DNA from: Auanema rhodensis
Lineage: Eukaryota > Animalia > Nematoda
Direction: 5' to 3'
Assembly: GCA_964057225.1 (NCBI GenBank)
Contig: CAXKVF010000073.1
Location: 248,001-312,000 of the forward strand
Length of the DNA: 64,000 nucleotides
A program made the translations under genes and the position numbers. This document shows positions 29,927-42,900 of this stretch, in pieces. The notes under the pieces were generated by a model. That model saw only the letters and a list, made by a program, of their open reading frames with translations. It was not told the DNA's origin and did not search any database. The stretch's first letter is position 1. Each line of letters begins with the position of its first letter.

Positions 29927-32918
29927 TTATCTTTCACGTGAAGCGAGTTACATACCAAGTGCACATCACGTGTACATTTAATTAGCATAAATTAAAGTTC
30001 ACGTAAATTTCAAAGTCATGGTTACCATGCACCAATATCAATAAAAATTTGTTTTTAGACTAATATGGACATGGGGAATCTAATTTTGAAAACCGCATCT
30101 CTTTATCTTTCACGTGAAGCGAGTTACATACCAAGTGCACATCACGTGTACATTTAATTAGCATAAATTAAAGTTCACGTAAATTTCAAAGTCATGGTTA
30201 CCATGCACCAATATCAATAAAAATTTGTTTTTAGACTAATATGGACATGGGGAATCTAATTTTGAAAACCGCATCTCTTTATCTTTCACGTGAAGCGAGT
30301 TACACACCAAGTGCACATCACGTGTACATTTAATTAGCATGAATTAAAGTTCACGTAAATTTCAAAGTCATGGTTACCATGAACCAATATCAATAAAAAT
30401 TTGTTTTTAGACTAATATGGACATGGGGAATCTAATTTTGAAAACTGCATCTCTTTATCTTTCACGTGAAGCGAGTTACATACCAAGTGCACATCACGTG
30501 TACATTTAATTAGCATAAATTAAAGTTCACGTAAATTTCAAAGTCATGGTTATCATGAACCAATATCAATAAAAATTTGTTTTTAGACTAATATGGACAT
30601 GGGGAATCTAATTTTGAAAACCGCATCTCTTTATCTTTCACGTGAAGCGAGTTACATACCAAGTGCACATCACGTGTACATTTAATTAGCATAAATTAAA
30701 GTTCACGTAAGTTTCAAAGTCATGGTTACCATGCACCAATATCAATAAAAATTTGTTTTTAGACTAATATGGACATGGGGAATCTAATTTTGAAAACCGC
30801 ATCTCTTTATCTTTCACGTGAAGCGAGTTACATACCAAGTGCACATCACGTGTACATTTAATTAGCATAAATTAAAGTTCACGTAAATTTCAAAGTCATG
30901 GTTACCATGCACCAATATCAATAAAAATTTGTTTTTAGACTAATATGGACATGAAGAATCTAATTTTGAAAACCGCATCTCTTTATCTTTCACGTGAAGC
31001 GAGTTACATACCAAGTGCACATCACGTGTACATTTAATTAGCATAAATTAAAGTTCACGTAAATTTCAAAGTCATGGTTACCATGAACCAATATCAATAA
31101 AAATTTGTTTTTAGACTAATATGGACATGGGGAATCTAATTTTGAAAACCGCATCTCTTTATCTTTCACGTGAAGCGAGTTACATACCAAGTGCACATCA
31201 CGTGTACATTTAATTAGCATAAATTAAAGTTCACGTAAATTTCAAAGTCATGGTTACCATGCACCAATATCAATAAAAATTTGTTTTTAGACTAATATGG
31301 ACATGGGGAATCTAATTTTGAAAACCGCATCTCTTTATCTTTCACGTGAAGCGAGTTACATACCAAGTGCACATCACGTGTACATTTAATTAGCATAAAT
31401 TAAAGTTCACGTAAATTTCAAAGTCATGGTTACCATGCACCAATATCAATAAAAATTTGTTTTTAGACTAATATGGACATGGGGAATCTAATTTTGAAAA
31501 CCGCATCTCTTTATCTTTCACGTGAAGCGAGTTACATACCAAGTGCACATCACGTGTAAATTTAATTAGCATAAATTAAAGTTCACGTAAATTTCAAAGT
31601 CATGGTTATCATGAACCAATATCAATAAAAATTTGTTTTTAGACTAATATGGACATGGGGAATCTAATTTTGAAAACCGCATCTCTTTATCTTTCACGTG
31701 AAGCGAGTTACATACCAAGTGCACATCACGTGTACATTTAATTAGCATAAATTAAAGTTCACGTAAATTTCAAAGTCATGGTTACCATGCACCAATATCA
31801 ATAAAAATTTGTTGTTAGACTAATATGAACATGGGGAATCTAATTTTGAAAACCGCATCTCTTTATCTTTCACGTGAAGCGAGTTACATACCAAGTGCAC
31901 ATCACGTGTAAATTTAATTAGCATAAATTAAAGTTCACGTAAATTTCAAAGTCATGGTTACCATGAACCAGTATCAATAAAAGTTTGTTTTTAGACTAAT
32001 ATGGACATGGGGATTCAAATTTTGAAAACCGCATCTCTTTATCTTTCACGTGAAGCGAGTTACATACCAAGTGCACATCACGTGTACATTTAATTAGCAT
32101 AAATTAAAGTTCACGTAAATTTCAAAGTCATGGTTACCATGCACCAATATCAATAAAAATTTGTTTTTAGACTAATATGGACATGGGGAATCTAATTTTG
32201 AAAACCGCATCTCTTTATCTTTCACGTGAAGCGAGTTACATACCAAGTGCACATCACGTGTACATTTAATTAGCATAAATTAAAGTTCACGTAAATTTCA
32301 AAGTCATGGTTATCATGAACCAATATCAATAAAAATTTGTTTTTAGACTAATATGGACATGGGGAATCTAATTTTGAAAACCGCATCTCTTTATCTTTCA
32401 CGTGAAGCGAGTTACATACCAAGTGCACATCACGTGTACATTTAATTAGCATAAATTAAAGTTCACGTAAATTTCAAAGTCATGGTTACCATGAACCAAT
32501 ATCAATAAAAATTTGTTTTTAGACTAATATGGACATGGGGAATCAAATTTTGAAAACCGCATCTCTTTATCTTTCACGTGAAGCGAGTTACATACCAAGT
32601 GCACATCACGTGTACATTTAATTAGCATAAATTAAAGTTCACGTAAATTTCAAAGTCATGGTTACCATGAACCAATATCAATAAAAATTTGTTTTTAGAC
32701 TAATATGGACATGGGGAATCAAATTTTGAAAACCGCATCTCTTTATCTTTCACGTGAAGCGAGTTACATACCAAGTGCACATCACGTGTACATTTAATTA
32801 GCATAAATTAAAGTTCACGTAAATTTCAAAGTCATGGTTACCATGCACCAATATCAATAAAAATTTGTTTTTAGACTAATATGGACATGGGGAATCTTAT
32901 TTTGAAAACCGCATCTCT

Positions 32919-35900
32919 TTATCTTTCACGTGAAGCGAGTTACATACCAAGTGCACATCACGTGTACATTTAATTAGCATAAATTAAAGTTCACGTAAAT
33001 TTCAAAGTCATGGTTACCATGCACCAATATCAATAAAAATTTGTTTTTAGACTAATATGGACATGGGGAATCTAATTTTGAAAACCGCATCTCTTTATCT
33101 TTCACGTGAAGCGAGTTACATACCAAGTGCACATCACGTGTACATTTAATTAGCATGAATTAAAGTTCACGTAAATTTCAAAGTCATGGTTACCATGAAC
33201 CAATATCAATAAAAATTTGTTTTTAGACTAATATGGACATGGGGAATCTAATTTTGAAAACCGCATCTCTTTATCTTTCACGTGAAGCGAGTTACATACC
33301 AAGTGCACATCACGTGTACATTTAATTAGCATAAATTAAAGTTCACGTAAATTTCAAAGTCATGGTTATCATGAACCAATATCAATAAAAATTTGTTTTT
33401 AGACTAATATGGACATGGGGAATCTAATTTTGAAAACCGCATCTCTTTATCTTTCACGTGAAGCGAGTTACATACCAAGTGCACATCACGTGTACATTTA
33501 ATTAGCATAAATTAAAGTTCACGTAAGTTTCAAAGTCATGATTACCATGCACCAATATCAATAAAAATTTGTTTTTAGACTAATATGGACATGGGGAATC
33601 TAATTTTGAAAACCGCATCTCTTTATCTTTCACGTGAAGCGAGTTACATACCAAGAGCACATCACGTGTACATTTAATAAGCATAAATTAAAGTTCACGT
33701 AAATTTCAAAGTCATGGTTACCATGCACCAATATCAATAAAAATTTGTTTTTAGACTAATATGGACATGGGGAATCTAATTTTGAAAACCGCATCTCTTT
33801 ATCTTTCACGTGAAGCGAGTTACATACCAAGTGCACATCACGTGTACATTTAATTAGCATAAATTAAAGTTCACGTAAATTTCAAAGTCATGGTTACCAT
33901 GCACCAATATCAATAAAAATTTGTTTTTAGACTAATATGGACATGGGGAATCTAATTTTGAAAACCGCATCTCTTTATCTTTCACGTGAAGCGAGTTACA
34001 TACCAAGTGCACATCACGTGTACATTTAATTAGCATAAATTAAAGTTCACGTAAATTTCAAAGTCATGGTTATCATGAACCAATATCAATAAAAATTTGT
34101 TTTTAGACTAATATGGACATGGGGAATCTAATTTTGAAAACCGCATCTCTTTATCTTTCACGTGAAGCGAGTTACATACCAAGTGCACATCACGTGTACA
34201 TTTAATTAGCATAAATTAAAGTTCACGTAAATTTCAAAGTCATGGTTACCATGAACCAATATCAATAAAAATTTGTTTTTAGACTAATATGGACATGGGG
34301 AATCAAATTTTGAAAACCGCATCTCTTTATCTTTCACGTGAAGCGAGTTACATACCAAGTGCACATCACGTGTACATTTAATTAGCATAAATTAAAGTTC
34401 ACGTAAATTTCAAAGTCATGGTTACCATGCACCAATATCAATAAAAATTTGTTTTTAGACTAATATGGACATGGGGAATCTAATTTTGAAAACCGCATCT
34501 CTTTATCTTTCACGTGAAGCGAGTTACATACCAAGTGCACATCACGTGTACATTTAATTAGCATAAATTAAAGTTCACGTAAATTTCAAAGTCATGGTTA
34601 CCATGCACCAATATCAATAAAAATTTGTTTTTAGACTAATATGGACATGGGGAATCTAATTTTGAAAACCGCATCTCTTTATCTTTCACGTGAAGCGAGT
34701 TACATACCAAGTGCACATCACGTGTACATTTAATTAGCATGAATTAAAGTTCACGTAAATTTCAAAGTCATGGTTACCATGAACCAATATCAATAAAAAT
34801 TTGTTTTTAGACTAATATGAACATGGGGAATCTAATTTTGAAAACCGCATCTCTTTATCTTTCACGTGAAGCGAGTTACATACCAAGTGCACATCACGTG
34901 TACATTTAATTAGCATAAATTAAAGTTCACGTAAATTTCAAAGTCATGGTTATCATGAACCAATATCAATAAAAATTTGTTTTTAGACTAATATGGACAT
35001 GGGGAATCTAATTTTGAAAACCGCATCTCTTTATCTTTCACGTGAAGCGAGTTACATACCAAGTGCACATCACGTGTACATTTAATTAGCATAAATTAAA
35101 GTTCACGTAAATTTCAAAGTCATGGTTACCATGAACCAATATCAATAAAAATTTGTTTTTAGACTAATATGGACATGGGGAATCAAATTTTGAAAACCGC
35201 ATCTCTTTATCTTTCACGTGAAGCGAGTTACATACCAAGTGCACATCACGTGTACATTTAATTAGCATAAATTAAAGTTCACGTAAATTTCAAAGTCATG
35301 GTTACCATGCACCAATATCAATAAAAATTTGTTTTTAGACTAATATGGACATGGGGAATCTAATTTTGAAAACCGCATCTCTTTATCTTTCACGTGAAGC
35401 GAGTTACATACCAAGTGCACATCACGTGTACATTTAATTAGCATGAATTAAAGTTCACGTAAATTTCAAAGTCATGGTTACCATGAACCAATATCAATAA
35501 AAATTTGTTTTTAGACTAATATGGACATGGGGAATCTAATTTTGAAAACCGCATCTCTTTATCTTTCACGTGAAGCGAGTTACATACCAAGTGCACATCA
35601 CGTGTACATTTAATTAGCATAAATTAAAGTTCACGTAAATTTCAAAGTCATGGTTATCATGAACCAATATCAATAAAAATTTGTTTTTAGACTAATATGG
35701 ACATGGGGAATCTAATTTTGAAAACCGCATCTCTTTATCTTTCACGTGAAGCGAGTTACATACCAAGTGCACATCACGTGTACATTTAATTAGCATAAAT
35801 TAAAGTTCACGTAAGTTTCAAAGTCATGATTACCATGCACCAATATCAATAAAAATTTGTTTTTAGACTAATATGGACATGGGGAATCTAATTTTGAAAA

Positions 35901-37494
35901 CCGCATCTCTTTATCTTTCACGTGAAGCGAGTTACATACCAAGAGCACATCACGTGTACATTTAATAAGCATAAATTAAAGTTCACGTAAATTTCAAAGT
36001 CATGGTTACCATGCACCAATATCAATAAAAATTTGTTTTTAGACTAATATGGACATGGGGAATCTAATTTTGAAAACCGCATCTCTTTATCTTTCACGTG
36101 AAGCGAGTTACATACCAAGTGCACATCACGTGTACATTTAATTAGCATAAATTAAAGTTCACGTAAATTTCAAAGTCATGGTTACCATGCACCAATATCA
36201 ATAAAAATTTGTTTTTAGACTAATATGGACATGGGGAATCTAATTTTGAAAACCGCATCTCTTTATCTTTCACGTGAAGCGAGTTACATACCAAGTGCAC
36301 ATCACGTGTACATTTAATTAGCATAAATTAAAGTTCACGTAAATTTCAAAGTCATGGTTATCATGAACCAATATCAATAAAAATTTGTTTTTAGACTAAT
36401 ATGGACATGGGGAATCTAATTTTGAAAACCGCATCTCTTTATCTTTCACGTGAAGCGAGTTACATACCAAGTGCACATCACGTGTACATTTAATTAGCAT
36501 AAATTAAAGTTCACGTAAATTTCAAAGTCATGGTTACCATGAACCAATATCAATAAAAATTTGTTTTTAGACTAATATGGACATGGGGAATCAAATTTTG
36601 AAAACCGCATCTCTTTATCTTTCACGTGAAGCGAGTTACATACCAAGTGCACATCACGTGTACATTTAATTAGCATAAATTAAAGTTCACGTAAATTTCA
36701 AAGTCATGGTTACCATGCACCAATATCAATAAAAATTTGTTTTTAGACTAATATGGACATGGGGAATCTAATTTTGAAAACCGCATCTCTTTATCTTTCA
36801 CGTGAAGCGAGTTACATACCAAGTGCACATCACGTGTACATTTAATTAGCATAAATTAAAGTTCACGTAAATTTCAAAGTCATGGTTACCATGCACCAAT
36901 ATCAATAAAAATTTGTTTTTAGACTAATATGGACATGGGGAATCTAATTTTGAAAACCGCATCTCTTTATCTTTCACGTGAAGCGAGTTACATACCAAGT
37001 GCACATCACGTGTACATTTAATTAGCATGAATTAAAGTTCACGTAAATTTCAAAGTCATGGTTACCATGAACCAATATCAATAAAAATTTGTTTTTAGAC
37101 TAATATGAACATGGGGAATCTAATTTTGAAAACCGCATCTCTTTATCTTTCACGTGAAGCGAGTTACATACCAAGTGCACATCACGTGTACATTTAATTA
37201 GCATAAATTAAAGTTCACGTAAATTTCAAAGTCATGGTTATCATGAACCAATATCAATAAAAATTTGTTTTTAGACTAATATGGACATGGGGAATCTAAT
37301 TTTGAAAACCGCATCTCTTTATCTTTCACGTGAAGCGAGTTACATACCAAGTGCACATCACGTGTACATTTAATTAGCATAAATTAAAGTTCACGTAAAT
37401 TTCAAAGTCATGGTTACCATGAACCAATATCAATAAAAATTTGTTTTTAGACTAATATGGACATGGGGAATCAAATTTTGAAAACCGCATCTCT
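32919..37494 (+). repeat. Tandem duplication of a 13-monomer block (2288 bp x2)
   Basis: catgAtt at 33541/35829; gcatGaat plus atgAac monomer at 34741/37029; all offsets equal 2288 = 13x176. Confidence 0.85.
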
Positions 37495-38198
37495 TTATCT
37501 TTCACGTGAAGCGAGTTACATACCAAGTGCACATCACGTGTACATTTAATTAGCATAAATTAAAGTTCACGTAAATTTCAAAGTCATGGTTACCATGCAC
37601 CAATATCAATAAAAATTTGTTTTTAGACTAATATGGACATGGGGAATCTAATTTTGAAAACCGCATCTCTTTATCTTTCACGTGAAGCGAGTTACATACC
37701 AAGTGCACATCACGTGTACATTTAATTAGCATAAATTAAAGTTCACGTAAATTTCAAAGTCATGGTTACCATGCACCAATATCAATAAAAATTTGTTTTT
37801 AGACTAATATGGACATGGGGAATCTAATTTTGAAAACCGCATCTCTTTATCTTTCACGTGAAGCGAGTTACATACCAAGTGCACATCACGTGTACATTTA
37901 ATTAGCATGAATTAAAGTTCACGTAAATTTCAAAGTCATGGTTACCATGAACCAATATCAATAAAAATTTGTTTTTAGACTAATATGGACATGGGGAATC
38001 TAATTTTGAAAACCGCATCTCTTTATCTTTCACGTGAAGCGAGTTACATACCAAGTGCACATCACGTGTACATTTAATTAGCATAAATTAAAGTTCACGT
38101 AAGTTTCAAAGTCATGGTTACCATGCACCAATATCAATAAAAATTTGTTTTTAGACTAATATGGACATGGGGAATCTAATTTTGAAAACCGCATCTCT

Positions 38199-39606
38199 TT
38201 ATCTTTCACGTGAAGCGAGTTACATACCAAGTGCACATCACGTGTACATTTAATTAGCATAAATTAAAGTTCACGTAAATTTCAAAGTCATGGTTACCAT
38301 GAACCAGTATCAATAAAAGTTTGTTTTTAGACTAATATGGACATGGGGAATCAAATTTTGAAAACCGCATCTCTTTATCTTTCACGTGAAGCGAGTTACA
38401 TACCAAGTGCACATCACGTGTACATTTAATTAGCATAAATTAAAGTTCACGTAAATTTCAAAGTCATGGTTATCATGAACCAATATAAATAAAAATTTGT
38501 TTTTAGACTAATATGGACATGGGGAATCAAATTGTGAAAACCGCATCTCTTTATCTTTCACGTGAAGCGAGTTACATACCAAGTGCACATCACGTGTACA
38601 TTTAATTAGCATAAATTAAAGTTCACGTAAATTTCAAAGTCATGGTTACCATGAACCAATATCAATAAAAATTTGTTTTTAGACTAATATGAACATGGGG
38701 AATCTAATTTTGAAAACCGCATCTCTTTATCTTTCACGTGAAGCGAGTTACATACCAAGTGCACATCACGTGTACATTTAATAAGCATAAATTAAAGTTC
38801 ACGTAAATTTCAAAGTCATGGTTACCATGCACCAATATCAATAAAAATTTGTTTTTAGACTAATATGGACATGGGGAATCTAATTTTGAAAACCGCATCT
38901 CTTTATCTTTCACGTGAAGCGAGTTACATACCAAGTGCACATCACGTGTACATTTAATTAGCATAAATTAAAGTTCACGTAAATTTCAAAGTCATGGTTA
39001 CCATGAACCAGTATCAATAAAAGTTTGTTTTTAGACTAATATGGACATGGGGAATCAAATTTTGAAAACCGCATCTCTTTATCTTTCACGTGAAGCGAGT
39101 TACATACCAAGTGCACATCACGTGTACATTTAATTAGCATAAATTAAAGTTCACGTAAATTTCAAAGTCATGGTTATCATGAACCAATATAAATAAAAAT
39201 TTGTTTTTAGACTAATATGGACATGGGGAATCAAATTGTGAAAACCGCATCTCTTTATCTTTCACGTGAAGCGAGTTACATACCAAGTGCACATCACGTG
39301 TACATTTAATTAGCATAAATTAAAGTTCACGTAAATTTCAAAGTCATGGTTACCATGAACCAATATCAATAAAAATTTGTTTTTAGACTAATATGAACAT
39401 GGGGAATCTAATTTTGAAAACCGCATCTCTTTATCTTTCACGTGAAGCGAGTTACATACCAAGTGCACATCACGTGTACATTTAATAAGCATAAATTAAA
39501 GTTCACGTAAATTTCAAAGTCATGGTTACCATGCACCAATATCAATAAAAATTTGTTTTTAGACTAATATGGACATGGGGAATCTAATTTTGAAAACCGC
39601 ATCTCT
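38199..39606 (+). repeat. 4-mer HOR x2 (704 bp)
   Basis: cagtat at 38307/39011 and tataaat at 38487/39191, each followed by atgAac and taatAag monomers. Confidence 0.85.
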
Positions 39607-39958
39607 TTATCTTTCACGTGAAGCGAGTTACATACCAAGTGCACATCACGTGTACATTTAATTAGCATAAATTAAAGTTCACGTAAATTTCAAAGTCATG
39701 GTTACCATGCACCAATATCAATAAAAATTTGTTTTTAGACTAATATGGACATGGGGAATCTAATTTTAAAAACCGCATCTCTTTATCTTTCACGTGAAGC
39801 GAGTTACATACCAAGTGCACATCACGTGTACATTTAATTAGCATAAATTAAAGTTCACGTAAATTTCAAAGTCATGGTTACCATGAACCAATATCAAGAA
39901 AAATTTGTTTTTAGACTAATATGGACATGGGGAATCTAATTTTGAAAACCGCATCTCT

Positions 39959-42900
39959 TTATCTTTCACGTGAAGCGAGTTACATACCAAGTGCACATCA
40001 CGTGTACATTTAATTAGCATAAATTAAAGTTCACGTAAATTTCAAAGTCATGGTTACCATGAACCAATATCAATAAAAATTTGTTTTTAGACTAATATGG
40101 ACATGGGGAATCTAATTTTGAAAACCGCATCTCTTTATCTTTCACGTGAAACGAGTTACATACCAAGTGCACATCACGTGTAAATTTAATTAGCATAAAT
40201 TAAAGTTCACGTAAATTTCAAAGTCATGGTTACCATGAACCAATATCAATAAAAATTTGTTTTTAGACTAATATGAACATGGGGAATCTAATTTTGAAAA
40301 CCGCATCTCTTTATCTTTCACGTGAAGCGAGTTACATACCAAGTGCACATCACGTGTAAATTTAATTAGCATAAATTAAAGTTCACGTAAATTTCAAAGT
40401 CATGGTTACCATGAACCAATATCAATAAAAGTTTGTTTTTAGACTAATATGGACATGGGGAATCAAATTTTGAAAACCGCATCTCTTTATCTTTCACGTG
40501 AAGCGAGTTACATACCAAGTGCACATCATGTGTACATTTAATTAGCATAAATTAAAGTTCACGTAAATTTCAAAGTCATGGTTATCATGAACCAATATCA
40601 ATAAAAATTTGTTTTTAGACTAATATGGACATGGGGAATCTAATTTTGAAAACCGCATCTCTTTATCTTTCACGTGAAGCGAGTTACATACCAAGTGCAC
40701 ATCACGTGTACATTTAATTAGCATAAATTAAAGTTCACGTAAATTTCAAAGTCATGGTTACCATGCACCAATATCAATAAAAATTTGTTTTTAGACTAAT
40801 ATGGACATGGGGAATCAAATTGTGAAAACCGCATCTCTTTATCTTTCACGTGAAGCGAGTTACATACCAAGTGCACATCACGTGTACATTTAATTAGCAT
40901 AAATTAAAGTTCACGTAAATTTCAAAGTCATGGTTACCATGAACCAATATCAATAAAAATTTGTTTTTAGACTAATATGAACATGGGGAATCTAATTTTG
41001 AAAACCGCATCTCTTTATCTTTCACGTGAAGCGAGTTACATACCAAGTGCACATCACGTGTACATTTAATTAGCATAAATTAAAGTTCACGTAAATTTCA
41101 AAGTCATGGTTACCATGAACCAATATCAATAAAAATTTGTTTTTAGACTAATATGGACATGGGGAATCTAATTTTGAAAACCGCATCTCTTTATCTTTCA
41201 CGTGAAGCGAGTTACATACCAAGTGCACATCACGTGTAAATTTAATTAGCATAAATTAAAGTTCACGTAAATTTCAAAGTCATGGTTACCATGAACCAAT
41301 ATCAATAAAAATTTGTTTTTAGACTAATATGAACATGGGGAATCTAATTTTGAAAACCGCATCTCTTTATCTTTCACGTGAAGCGAGTTACATACCAAGT
41401 GCACATCACGTGTAAATTTAATTAGCATAAATTAAAGTTCACGTAAATTTCAAAGTCATGGTTACCATGAACCAATATCAATAAAAGTTTGTTTTTAGAC
41501 TAATATGGACATGGGGAATCAAATTTTGAAAACCGCATCTCTTTATCTTTCACGTGAAGCGAGTTACATACCAAGTGCACATCATGTGTACATTTAATTA
41601 GCATAAATTAAAGTTCACGTAAATTTCAAAGTCATGGTTATCATGAACCAATATCAATAAAAATTTGTTTTTAGACTAATATTGACATGGGGAATCTAAT
41701 TTTGAAAACCGCATCTCTTTATCTTTCACGTGAAGCGAGTTACATACCAAGTGCACATCACGTGTACATTTAATTAGCATAAATTAAAGTTCACGTAAAT
41801 TTCAAAGTCATGGTTACCATGCACCAATATCAATAAAAATTTGTTTTTAGACTAATATGGACATGGGGAATCAAATTGTGAAAACCGCATCTCTTTATCT
41901 TTCACGTGAAGCGAGTTACATACCAAGTGCACATCACGTGTACATTTAATTAGCATAAATTAAAGTTCACGTAAATTTCAAAGTCATGGTTACCATGAAC
42001 CAATATCAATAAAAATTTGTTTTTAGACTAATATGAACATGGGGAATCTAATTTTGAAAACCGCATCTCTTTATCTTTCACGTGAAGCGAGTTACATACC
42101 AAGTGCACATCACGTGTACATTTAATTAGCATAAATTAAAGTTCACGTAAATTTCAAAGTCATGGTTACCATGAACCAATATCAATAAAAATTTGTTTTT
42201 AGACTAATATGGACATGGGGAATCTAATTTTGAAAACCGCATCTCTTTATCTTTCACGTGAAGCGAGTTACATACCAAGTGCACATCACGTGTAAATTTA
42301 ATTAGCATAAATTAAAGTTCACGTAAATTTCAAAGTCATGGTTACCATGAACCAATATCAATAAAAATTTGTTTTTAGACTAATATGAACATGGGGAATC
42401 TAATTTTGAAAACCGCATCTCTTTATCTTTCACGTGAAGCGAGTTACATACCAAGTGCACATCACGTGTAAATTTAATTAGCATAAATTAAAGTTCACGT
42501 AAATTTCAAAGTCATGGTTACCATGAACCAATATCAATAAAAGTTTGTTTTTAGACTAATATGGACATGGGGAATCAAATTTTGAAAACCGCATCTCTTT
42601 ATCTTTCACGTGAAGCGAGTTACATACCAAGTGCACATCATGTGTACATTTAATTAGCATAAATTAAAGTTCACGTAAATTTCAAAGTCATGGTTATCAT
42701 GAACCAATATCAATAAAAATTTGTTTTTAGACTAATATGGACATGGGGAATCTAATTTTGAAAACCGCATCTCTTTATCTTTCACGTGAAGCGAGTTACA
42801 TACCAAGTGCACATCACGTGTACATTTAATTAGCATAAATTAAAGTTCACGTAAATTTCAAAGTCATGGTTACCATGCACCAATATCAATAAAAATTTGT

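Noticed and set aside
15671-37670. Monomer variant order as an information-bearing code
   Set aside because: The order is adequately explained by nested tandem duplications; nothing in the sequence suggests a readout mechanism.
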